DNA of 64,000 bases from Bugula neritina. Lineage: Eukaryota; Animalia; Bryozoa. Of this stretch, positions 30,101-41,855 are shown one piece after another. The stretch is taken from contig OZ037766.1 in the NCBI GenBank assembly GCA_964035545.1, forward strand, positions 25,966,339 to 26,030,338. Reading direction: 5' to 3'. The notes beneath the pieces are model-generated. The model saw nothing but the letters and a program-made list of their open reading frames with translations. It ran no database searches and was not told the origin of the DNA. The translations under genes and the position numbers were made by a program. Positions within the stretch are counted from its first letter, which is position 1. The number at the start of each line of letters is the position of its first letter.

Positions 30101-33100
30101 CAGGTACATTGCTATCCTGCCATGCCTGCTTTTTAGGAGACGTGTCTAAAGGATCACGAGACACACCTAGAAATGAAAAATGTCCACCATAGTCGTATAT
30201 AAGTTACATATATCAGTGATCAACTGTTACAGGGCAGGTGGAATGAGTTTATACGGAGAAGGAAAAATGAAGTATATAACAAATATCTGAGTTAAATTTA
30301 TCATATTGGGCTGTATCTATCGGCAGCTCATACTCGGGCAGTGACTGCTCATAAACTTGTAATGATGTCAAACAGCAAAAATAGATATTTAAACTGCTTT
30401 TCAGATTTGAAACCAGATTTTTGGGCGGCTTTGTCTACCTACACCACACAATATATATTTTACCGTGAATAAAGTACTATACTGGTAAAGGGAAGAAACC
30501 CCTTAAGCTTTTGAAACTTTTTAGCACAGTTGCCAGAGGTAAAACTTTACCTTGAAAGTTGCGTGGCAAACCACTGGCCTGACTACCTGCTACAGGCCCT
30601 CTATGATCAGGCCTAGGTAGACTGAGAGGGGCAATACCGCCATAAGCCAAGTCATCTGGTACTGCAACCTTATGAGTAGAAATATCGGATACTTGGCTGA
30701 AATGGTGCACCAGTTCTGGAGCATCAGACACTTGAGGAGCAAGAGGTGGAACATCTGTCACTGTATTGCCATGAGCTCTAGGTATTATGTTATTATGAGT
30801 TACTACATTATATGTTCTCTCAGGTATGCCTCCCCTAGCCAGCACACCTCTTTCAGTAACAGACATGTAACCAGGTGGGTGTGGTACTCCCCCAACATCT
30901 TCATTAGTAAACCTCTCATTTTTTCTAAATCTATCCAGCTGAAGTTGTAGAGATTCTGAAGAAGTTCCCAGACTTGACTCTAGTGTGTCCTTATGCAAAG
31001 TGTAACCAGTTCTTGGCGCACCACCAGGCGTATCCGTGTTAGACTCAGTTCTGTCTAAGAGCAACTGAGGGGAGTCTAATGAGAAACCCCCATTACTGCG
31101 GGTTTGAGTTGAAGAAATATTGCTAGGGGCTGTGGAGGTCATCTGAGAAATCTTGCGTCTGATACTCTCGCCTAGTTTAGCTTTCTGTCGCAGATACCAC
31201 TCCCAGGTAGATTCTCCGGGTAGCCTATTGGTGGTGTCCAGATGAGTCACGTCACTGCAGAACAATGGCAGAATAGACGTCTGCTGAATTGGCAAGTGAG
31301 AGTTGATTAATTAAACTCGAGAGGTTGATAGAGGTCTATACAGTGCACTTGTCTACTTTAACCTATTCAAGGAGCAGTTAACTTGACTTCAGCTTAGCAC
31401 ATGTTCCATACACACTACTCACCTGTGAGGGCGTACTTCAGTACCCCCAGCAAGATGGGGAGACTCATTAATATCCGCAGCATTGCTGGTATCATCATCA
31501 GGGAACTGTTCCATTTCTTGAGATGTAGACGAGGTGCTCACAGTATGTGGCTCTTGCCCACCCTACCCGCACACGTAATATGATATGAGGCTATTCTAAT
31601 GTGTGTGTGTGTAATTCCAATTAAACTTTATTTCTAAACTCGTAACTAACATTTTCAGTTCAGTACATAATCTAATTCAAATCACAAGTAAATATTAACA
31701 GCAAATTACAGAGAATCAGCTGATATTTGAGCATCACAACTGCTATGGCAAGTAACACATTTTTTGTTGACTATCTATTCAAAAATGTAGTTATATCATT
31801 TTAGATAATCCTCACGGCCTGAAAACTGTTTCACAGCATATTGTAATATATAGTAACATCTGTGTATACTCTTAGCAATGAGTCGGAGTACTTCTATTTG
31901 ATGAAGTAGGATTTGCTTATGTAAGTTACAGTTGATTCTTACCATTAGATGAACATCTTTCATTGGTGAGTGGTGTACAAGGGGTGTAGTAGGTAGCTGG
32001 GATGTTGTGGGTACAGGGGGTGTAGAAGGTACAGGGGGTGTAGTGGGTGCAGGGGGTTCAGGAGACGCAGGTGGAAGTATATGGTGAGTGTCTTCTGGTG
32101 CTCTATGAGTGGAAGTGTCTAAATCATCATCTTCTTTACACTCATTCTCCCACTGCTCTTTCTGATTATCTATTTTCCTTAATATCTTTTTCAGCACCTG
32201 TTATAAAATATGATGTAATACAGTAGATTATAATTATGCAAAGCTCGCAACTCCCACAGTAGTTTGAGAACTAAAGCTTGAATATAAAAATATACTTTGA
32301 TAGAAACATTAGTTGGTGAAGGTGGGAGTCATGGTACCCAGTTCTGTGTTGATGAGGAGACAAATCCCAAAATAGTTACTGCTGTAAAAAAATGTTAAAA
32401 AAGTTTACAAAGGAAGCTTTGAAGTTCACGCATTAATTGGTTGTTTAGAAGAGAACAGATCTAGCGATAGTTTCAGCTATGTCTAGAGGTCTTGCTAGAC
32501 ACAGAAGTAAACTGCTTTCAGTGTAACCAATAAAGTCCCACCTTCTTTCTCTTCTTCTCACTATCACCATCCGTGTCCGTGTTGTCAGACGTGGGCGCCG
32601 TGTTAGTAACATTCTTGAGTGGGGTGCGCTCTCTATTTAGGTCCCCGTCCCTCACTCGAGTGATTGGGGGCTTTGGTTCTATCTCAGAGGAAGACAAGCC
32701 TGTGGTCTCAGTAACAGATGGTGTTAAGTCACTATTTAGAGCTGGAGCACAGTCTAAAGGTATGAAATATAAGAATAAATAGTTACCATTTTGAAAACCC
32801 ACTAATCAGACTTGTAAGCATGCACAGCATTTCACAGTACACAAACTAACGAGTATTATATAAGATAATCAAGTATTGAATGTGCACATATTTAGCAGCT
32901 GCTGAATGTGGTATATTGTATCCTAAAAATTTATATATATATATGTTCCATTCTGCCTCACAAACAACACGCATTTTGCTTATATAACAGTTTTCACAAA
33001 TAAATTTACATTTACATAGTGGCTGTTGTACCATATGAACTTCTAGTAGACCTGCTATAACATATTCACACACACCCATTAGCAGTGACTGACGTTACCT

Positions 33101-35863
33101 CTAAGGTCAAACTGATCGTACTCATTAGCAAAGACGTCCTCCACTTTACGCTCCATCTGTGTCTGTCTGTCCGTCTCTCTCTCCATCACCACGTGTGCAG
33201 GAAGAAACAGGGATTGTGGGATGTGCTCGAGATTCTGCTGCCTGAATAACAGAATACGACTCATCATATTATGTAACACCGCCATTAGTCATTACAGTAA
33301 CAGAAGTTCTACGGAGTATAACACTTCGCTGTCAGCTTAATCACCTGTGCTTTCTGTCAGCTTTCTCTAGCAGGTCCAGCTCAGTCATCATGTGATCATA
33401 GCTCTGTCTCATCCTTTCACGTTTAAGGGCGTGTGCCCCGCGTACCCGAGCTTTCTCTAGCCTGAAAAATAACAAACAACATAGCAGAAAAGTCATCTGT
33501 TGACAGTTACGATACATATATTAGGAAAATGTATTAATTTCATATTGAGATATCATTAAGTGAATACAATCTAACAGATAGAAATTGTCGCAAGTGACAA
33601 ATTAGAGTTCATGTCAACCTTTCACTGGCTGAACTTTGTGTCTGTAGCTGATATTTCTTCTCTTTAGCTCTTTCCTGCTCGGCTCCAACGATTCCATCAT
33701 TCACAGATTCATCGTTCCTCTCCACTAAACACTCGTAGCTGGGTATTTGGTAGGGATATGTGTAAGTGTCCGCATCTGTCATCTGAAACATATCCTAAGG
33801 CTACATTACAGCTAGGGGACACCTAGTAACCCCTACCACATATTGCATATGATAGGAGAGTCATTGTAAGGTCACAACGGCTATTATATTTGTCATCAAC
33901 GCTAGATTAGCATCGACATCTTTAAGAGTCCCGGACACGTTACATTTATGCAGTATTAAATTAGTCCCATATACCTTGGCTATGAGCGGAATACAAATTT
34001 AGCATAGTATGGCCAATATAGGATTTTTAAAGCAAACTATTTCAAAATGGGTTTAATAAAAAGACATAATTTTTAATATCATAGAATTCGTCTTATTTGG
34101 AACATCAGGAGTTAGCTATCAGTTATGAAAAGCATTGCTTTTCTATAAAATCTAAGAAAAAAAGATAAAAATTCAATGCGGTATACCTGAGCATATGCTG
34201 CTTTAGCCTTGTGTAGTAACTTGTTTAGATCTGGTTTAATAGGTGGTGGTAGGCTGGCTATCTCCCTAGCCCGTATTTTCTCCTTAGCTACAGCCAGTTC
34301 TCGAGCTTGAGTTACCTTAGCATCTTCAGCTGTTTGCAGCACTCTGTCTTCTTTTAACTACCCAAACAGTAATGTATATTGTAACTACCCAAACAGTAAT
34401 GTATATTGTAACTACTCAAACAGTAATGCATATTGTAACTACTCAAACAGTAATGTATATTGTAACTACCCAAACAGTAATGTATATTAAAATAGGGACA
34501 GCAAGTGTGATTTTTCAAACAGATTTACGAACATTAAATGAAAATAAAAGCTGCATTTATTAAATTTAAACTTTGTGAAATTAAAACTAAATACAGATAT
34601 AAATAATAAAAAAAATGTCAAACTTGAAAACCTCAAGTTTTAACTTGTAGAAAAGAACAGGCTAAAAAGAAACTTTTTAAATTTAAACATACATGAATAT
34701 TTATGCTACTTTACCTGAAATCGATTATAAATCAATTAATACATGCAATTATTATCTTTAGAAGTAGCAAAGACAATCTATAAATTTATAAAAATAGCTT
34801 AATACTGATTGCTTAATAGTACTATCAGATATTATGTTACAAACCTTTGCAATAGCAGATGCATATCTCTCTTCCGCTCTCCTTTGATTTTCTTGCATAG
34901 CCATAGCCTTACGTTCCAGCCCTAAGTCCACCTCGTCTGCCTGGGTGTGGGCCTCCCCAATACACTTTAGAGAGTCTGCATACTCTTGCTCAAGCTGCTC
35001 TATCTGTCAACATGCATGTCCACAATAGACATATATGAGTAGAAACAATAAGGGTAACAGTATACAATAGATACAACAGTAATACAATAGATACAACAGT
35101 AATACAGTGAATACACTACTGAAACAACATGCAGGTCTTCTTGTTCAAACAAATACCGCGTAAAGATTGTCTGAAACCATGTTATAACTGTTGTCATGTA
35201 ATAGAATAAAACGGAGATTTTCTCACCATTCAAAAAACATCACTGAAAGCAACTATAAACTTCATATGTTAAATTTGATCATAAAATAAAAATTAAACAA
35301 AAAACTAAACTAGACATGTTATGATTATAAAACTGAAATAAAAAAGAACATGTATTTACTCTATTCTGTCTCTCAACTTCCCATTCTTCTTCAATTTGCT
35401 CAGCTAAAATTTCAAGTTGACGCACTTTCTCCTTTTTTACAGCTTCTAGCTTAGATTTTGCAAACGTTTTTGCTTTTTCTCGAACCTAAAAACAAATTAG
35501 TCCATGCGCAATTTGACACAGGAAAACTATTATAGTTGAAAACCATTTTATTGTTATTACATGGATAAAAAAATGTAAGCTACAAGTAAACCTTTATTAG
35601 ATGCATAAACTTCTTTTAAGCATGTAAATCGTATAATATCAAACATAAAAGTAATGATAGCAGCTATAAACTATAAACCACTTGAGATTCCTTTAAAGTA
35701 GTACCCAAAAAGCAAAGGCATATTAATTATTAATATTAGGAGGTAAAGTATGCCCGACCTGCGTTATTCTAAGTTTACGTCTGCGCTCTCTTTCATCTCG
35801 AAGCAATCGCTCCACTTCTCCAGGACTAAGCCGCAGCCTTGCAACACCTGTCAGCTGAGGCAT
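21135..35863 (-). CDS. CEP295: Centrosomal protein CEP295 (Ana1/KIAA1731) orthologue, ~1756 aa, 26 exons
   Basis: Phase-consistent exons: 35863-35759, 35485-35360, 35003-34845, 34357-34187, 33794-33619, 33461-33345, 33241-33099, 32753-32542, 32197-31943, 31562-31423, 31254-30551, 30166-30026, 29837-29558, 29382-28981, 28802-28639, 28160-27992, 27756-27648, 27159-26999, 26687-26575, 25434-25231, 24805-24134, 23943-23884, 23521-23457, 23072-22865, 22204-22117, 21261-21135. N-terminal motifs RLRLSPGE...ERERRRKLRITQVRE, IASLPPP and LEKARVRG; internal HELSIIQEVDTP and GVLDEPEITF (PICA-like); C-terminal ALMS motif ERTQRLYNQLAEVKQKK. Confidence 0.9.
24330..24470 (-). repeat. 42-bp coding tandem repeat within a CEP295 exon (14-aa unit, ~3.5 copies)
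   Basis: Encodes EISLGSREHSTAAR / EVSVGSREHSRAAR / ELSVGSREHRTAA. Confidence 0.85.
25670..26437. mobile_element. Non-autonomous TTAA-flanked DNA transposon (Kolobok-like), 768 bp, in a CEP295 intron
   Basis: TTAA|AGGATTGCTCTATCTT at 25666-25685 and AAGATTGAGCAATCCT|TTAA at 26422-26441 give a 16-bp TIR with 1 mismatch and a TTAA target-site duplication. AG-starting termini fit Kolobok rather than piggyBac (CC-starting). Confidence 0.72.
28557..28634. repeat. Degenerate ~16-bp tandem repeat (5 units) immediately after a CEP295 splice donor
   Basis: GGTAGCCATAGAAACC GGTAACCATAGAAAAT GGTAAGCATAGAGACT GTAACTGTGGAAACC GGTAAGTATAGAGAC. Confidence 0.65.
34355..34488 (-). repeat. 27-bp tandem repeat (5 copies) containing the CEP295 exon 4 splice acceptor
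   Basis: Unit TAACTACYCAAACAGTAATGYATATTG; on the minus strand each copy carries TTTG(G/A)GTAG|TTA. Confidence 0.92.
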
Positions 35864-38655
35864 ACTTCTTCTTGCTTTCAAATAGTAATAATATTTAGAT
35901 TGAAGCAAGGAGCTTTCCAACTTTAATAGCAAAATAAAACATCTGTTAAGCAATTATCTTTTTAGTTTACTTTTCAATTCTAAAATCAAAATAGCAACAG
36001 GCTTAAATCATAAAATTATAAATAATACAATTAAAATAAGAACAAACATACCTAATACTCTAATAATTTTAATTTATTAATAACTTTGACCATTTAAGGT
36101 TAATATTTAATATTCACAGAACTTATAGTAATAAGAATGATTTATAATCAAAATGACTATAAATATACCCAATATTACTACACCATAAATCCCAACGTTA
36201 TTAAATAAAATATTAATCAATTGAAATTTAGAGATTAGAACATATGCATCAAGTAATAGGAAATGACGCTACGAGTATGACTATCAGTATCACCACAAAA
36301 CTGAATTTAAGTTAGGCTTAAATTCTCATTATGATATTGAACTTGATTATATATTTAAGCTAAAACTGGAAAAATAAGTTTGACAACAAAAACAAATAAT
36401 TATAGAATTTCAATTTATAATCATTTACTTTTAGTTTTATAATTTACATAATTCATAATTGATATTGTAAACTTAAAGATGAAAGTTAATACAACTACAT
36501 ATTGATATAATAATAATATAAAACTTACAATCTGAATATCATTATTATTATAATTATTATAACACATTAATTATTATTTATATTTACATCATTATCAATC
36601 AATTATCATCAGATTTATCATTACGAATATAATAGTCATTAATTTTAAATTCAAATTTAATGGCTAATATAATAATAATTATTATGATCCTCATCATGAT
36701 CATGATGATCATCATCATGATTAAATTTAATTAACTTCAAAATTATCATTATGCAATACTTACAGTTACTATGAAATTAGGTTGTTATAGATGTTATGAT
36801 GAAATATTAAAAGAGGCTCTTTTACATTTAAAACCGATTATATTAATTTTGCATTGCATTGCATTGGTCTTGGGTGCAATAGTGAATAAACATAGTTATA
36901 TTTATAGTTATGGTATCGAATATTCAGTCTGTAGCACAATTTTAATTATTATTGAATCGGAAATGCTTCTGTTTACAAACGTTTTCAAACTATCCGCTTG
37001 TTGGTATACTAATAGACTGCTATGTAAACAATAATTTGTCGAAAGTAGTTGATTTTACACCGATTTCAGAACCTAATCAACGGCACTATTTTTATTTCTA
37101 CAAAGAAAAGATAACTCTCAATAAAAAGCGTCTAGTATTTTGTAGGGTGTTTATTGTGTCAATAATTATTTTCACTACATAATTTTTGTAGCAGTGGTAA
37201 GTAAAGAAAATCCTGTTTTATAGTTTTTTGAAAAAAAATTGTAAAAAGCATAATTGGCTAAAAGATATATACTTTGAAGACAAAGAAAATAAGCTTTCAT
37301 ATATTATTTAATTGCCATATAATACTTTTAAATGTTTAAAACTTAGAAATTAATTTTAAGCTATATTCATAAACTTCTGTATTATAGCATAGCCTGATGT
37401 TTAATAAATCTGTTTACTAAGCAAGTTGTAGGCATTGGGAATATAAGTTCTTGGTTAAAGGAAGAGCAAAAACATGCTTGCTATAAATGTAGTGGGCGAG
37501 GTTGAATAATTTCTCAATAAAATAATATTTTGTAAAAATTTATGCCATAGTAATTTTAAAGTATGCTTTTTTAATGCAAAAATAACTGCTGTATCTCAAA
37601 TTTTAAGTTTAATAATATATAAAATAGAACTGGATGAAAAAACGACTTTTGAATTTTTCACTTTAAAGTTGTGATTTCACTCCCATCTAAAGTAAATTCT
37701 AAAAAACTTATAACTCAAAATATATTAATTAAATTCTTACTTCAGATAAAATAGTTAGAAAAACATATAAAGAAATTTTGAAAAATTGTAACAGTTTTGA
37801 ACTTTAGAAAAAAAGCAAGTTTAGAGATAAATTTTTTTATATAGATCTGTGAGTTAGGTTTAAATACATAAAACAAACGCTATTTCAAGTTTTTAATTCG
37901 GAGATGAATTTGGCAGTGTAACCCATTATAATGCTTGTGAGGTATTCAGGTGCACACTGGCATAAATTACTGGATATATTGTATTTTTGCTATTGTGTAC
38001 AACTACAATACAGTTGAAATAATTGGTTGTTTATGTTTGGATGCAAGTACGCTACATCACAATGCCAGATACTTATAACATAGCCTTAATCGTTAAGGAC
38101 ATATCATATGAAAAATATATTATATTTATGTTTTGGCTGAGTGCAGTTGTTTCCAGTATGTCTAGAACATTGGCAGCTGGTTCACCTCTGATAAGGACTT
38201 TTAGCTTTGCGTACATTTATTGTTACAGGAGATCATCATACTCTAGTAAGTTAACCTTTAGTAATAATAATAGTTTTTGTTGATCTAGATTCTAGATTGT
38301 ATAACATTCATTTAATATACACTGTATTTCACTTTATATTATCTTTACATAATTTATTACAAATTAGCTGTTTATTTAGCAAAGTTTTGTATGTTGTTGT
38401 CAGAGTGATAAATATAGTGTAAATATACTGCATGACCTCTAAAAAGCCTCTATATACAGTTGGCATGTGGAATGCTTTCTATTTAGCTAGGTGTATATTG
38501 GTCCAGAATTACACTACATGTTTATATATATATTTAAAATTAATATGATACACAAGCTACAGCACAGTTTGTGTTTAGCTGTTTGTTCAGCATGTCTTTT
38601 CATGAATTCATATTTTCTGCGTAGGCTTATCATCTACAACTTTTGGCGAAGAGAA

Positions 38656-40264
38656 ATGAGGCACTGGAGAACAGAGGTCATTGTTTTGATTGGGGTTGTC
38701 CTTCCAGGTTGCTCTTTCACTGCTCCTGTTTATGACGGTAATTTGTAGAACTGCTAGAATATTTTTAGATAAAATTATTGTAGCATAGTCTGTGCTACAA
38801 CTAGATATAATAAATTCATAAATTCATGTCATAGTTCAATATATACATATATATATAGCCTACTGGTTGTGAACAAACTTACAACTATATGTTACATATA
38901 ATCCTTATATATAATATTTAGCTCAATATTTTTGTTTCTAATTTTTGTTGCATGTTGTTACTAGCTAGTATAAAGTAGAGCTAAACAAAGAAGTACGCAT
39001 AAATTGCAAAAAAGGATTTATCTTTATTATAATTTTAGCTAGCTTATGCTTTTTGGCACTGAGTTTAAAAGTTTTAAACACTTTTTATACTTACAACTCA
39101 GTTAAATCTCAATAGTTGCTAGGCGATGCTTGCCATAAGTGCTATAAATTTTAACTATACAACACGCCTTTTTGAAATTATTTTTGAATCACTTTTAGTT
39201 GTGCTGTATTTACTTCAGACGTTTCATTAAACAATTTCTTCATTTTATGTGACTCCACTTGTAAAGAATTATAGTATTGCTTAATATCAGAAATAATTTT
39301 GTGTTGATTTTTCAGGTTCAGAAAGCAACACGGCAGATCTAGAAACTCTACTCCAAATCTGCCAGAAGAATCCAGACTTCTGCAATGACCAGCCATTTTA
39401 CAAAATGGTTCACAGTGCAATCAGACATTCTGGTATCCAGAAGAGAACAGCCACCTATATGACGGATGCCTTATTTCTATTGTGTATCAGGAAAGGTAAG
39501 GGCAGCTGCTTGAATACCATAATGGCACCCTAACATCTGTCTAAAACATGCTTTCTACAGTTTAAAACCTTCAAAGTTTGCCAAAATTGACAAACCAATT
39601 TTCCATATATAAGTTGTATTGTAATATCTACTAAAATGTACCATATTTGCAACATTTTTAGTCGTAATATTTGTGAAATACAAATATTTAATCGGTTGTG
39701 AACAAAAATGCTACAGTACCTGTCAGATACTGGGTGTTTATTTGTTTAACCCAACTGTAAATACCGGAAATTGTGTAATTCAGGCTATTCAATAATAATA
39801 ATGTTATGCTTTTACAATTTGACAGGCATCGCCATGTAAGAGTATATTGACTGTCATTAGCAATTAATATTGAATGATCAATGCTACAATGTTTAGCCAA
39901 GACGATATATTGTATTAATTAATGTCTGTATTTTTTGTGCAAACTATATAGTTGAGGAGATTTTTTGGCAACTATTTGTCCATTGTATAAAAATGTTATT
40001 ATAGTGTATCTAACATCAAAAAGTCATCAAGCTGCTGTGGAAATTACGCAGTACTGTATTGACATACTTCCTTGTTTGTAATTGCCAACAATATTAAGTG
40101 AAGCCTACTGTATCATTGGCTAGAAAAAAACATGTTATAGGAAATAAGTACAAGGTTTACATTTTATTCAATGTTTTTAACATTATTGATAGCTTTTGTT
40201 ACAGTTATGCTAATCAGTATAAGAGTTGGAATGACTTGCAGATTCATTAAATATTCAAGTCACG

Positions 40265-40356
<92 letters not shown>

Positions 40357-40737
40357 TTATTCAATACTATGGTAAGGTTGCTTTCACTATGCTTTAATAT
40401 TTAAAAGTTAACTCATCTTTTGTTATTATTACTTTTAGGATCTGAAGGCTGTGATAGAAAGGATACGTTGAAGATGTTGAATGCATTATCAACAGAAGTA
40501 AAATACATTAATACTAAATCAAAATGGAACAGCCATGATGCAACGAACTTTAGACATAACAAATTTTCATTGAAGCTAATGCCTAGTGACGCATTCGTAG
40601 ATCACTATAGAACTAAAAGGACGTTAGGAAATAGCATACTGAGAATTATAGCACGGCACATATGTAATAAGCAACCGAGTATGTGTAGTGATGTGCCGAA
40701 CAGTTCTATTGGCCGATCCGAACTCGGTGCTATCTAA
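38656..40737 (+). CDS. Uncharacterised secreted prepropeptide (candidate neuropeptide/hormone/defence-peptide precursor), ~186 aa, 3 exons
   Basis: Exons 38656-38737, 39316-39495, 40439-40737 join in frame (phase 1/1) with canonical junctions. There is a hydrophobic signal peptide MRHWRTEVIVLIGVVLPGCSFT|AP, KR at 39441-39446, RTKR at 40609-40620, three Cys pairs, and AATAAA at 40809-40814. Confidence 0.75.
40267..40354. repeat. (AT)44 microsatellite
   Basis: Perfect dinucleotide run in intron 2 of the prepropeptide gene. Confidence 0.97.
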
Positions 40738-40808
40738 CAGTAGACGATCTTAACACTGGTATATTATCACATATAACATTAAACAAGTCAATACTGAGAC
40801 GAGAGAAT

Positions 40809-40814
40809 AATAAA
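40809..40814 (+). terminator. Probable polyadenylation signal of the prepropeptide gene
   Basis: AATAAA about 70 nt after the stop codon. Confidence 0.5.
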
Positions 40815-41855
40815 CGCAGTAGTTCAGATTAGTAACCACATCATATGTAACCTAGCTATTTAGAAACAACAGATGGTTATTTTCAAATGTGCCATAAAAA
40901 CTATAAGTGCAGAAATACAGTTACCATGTTTTACATATGTATAAATTGGACTCGGGATAATTTAGTATGTACATTGCATCACCTAGAAACAGTCACTTTG
41001 TTTATGCATGATATAGTCTTTGATATTTGAATCTAAGGAATCGGGTTAATTTCCATTATAGTCTACATTCTAAGTCTTTTCATAAGCATATGAATGAAAA
41101 TATTCTATTAAAACTGTTCACGCATCCTATTCCTGATTTCTGGACTCAATAGCGTTTGCACTAATCACTTTTCAATAAACCATTATTGTGTTGCATTTTC
41201 TTTATTACACTTTTTGTCATTCTGTTTCATTGACTGTAGTTTCCCAATAGAGCAAATGTTTTACTTTTTAAAGTCTACTTATCTACAAGCAAATCATGTT
41301 TATTTTATTTAAAGAAATTCATAAAGTTAAAAACAATCCTTGTTAATACAAATTATGTATACCGACGACTGAAACTCGAGTCAAAATTTATTACTTTTAT
41401 TATAACTTATTATATACTGTTATTTTTACACATTATATATCTTGTATTTACATTGACAAATATATTGTATAATATTTAATAAACAAGAACAGCACTTAAC
41501 CAAATACTTTTGTCAACAGTTTTACAGCCTGCACACTAAACAGTACTGTTAGTCAAAATACAATATATTACAATCATGTTAACACAAAGTTTTACAGAAT
41601 AAAATAGAGTATAGATGAAACGCTATTAAAAGATAGCCATGAACACCTCAAGGATATGATATAGAATTAAGTAATATCAAAGTAATGATTTATATCTGTA
41701 AATGAAATATAGAACTCAAACAAAATATATGTTATTGTCAAAGGACAATGTGCTGTTACTAATCACCAAACAACTATTCATACCGATTCATCGGTTTCAC
41801 AGGAAGTGTTAGTAATAAACCTTTTGCTGAAGAGAACAATAAACAATAATCATTA

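Noticed and set aside
34372-34563. ORF of MYIVTTQTV repeats; superficially CRISPR-like array
   Set aside because: Head-to-tail 27-bp tandem repeat without unique spacers, in eukaryotic intronic context and with no cas genes.
36000-37900. Extremely AT-rich tract with short ORFs (36771-37034, 36952-37182)
   Set aside because: Low-complexity intergenic or 5' region between divergent genes; no coding signal or definable element that I can support.
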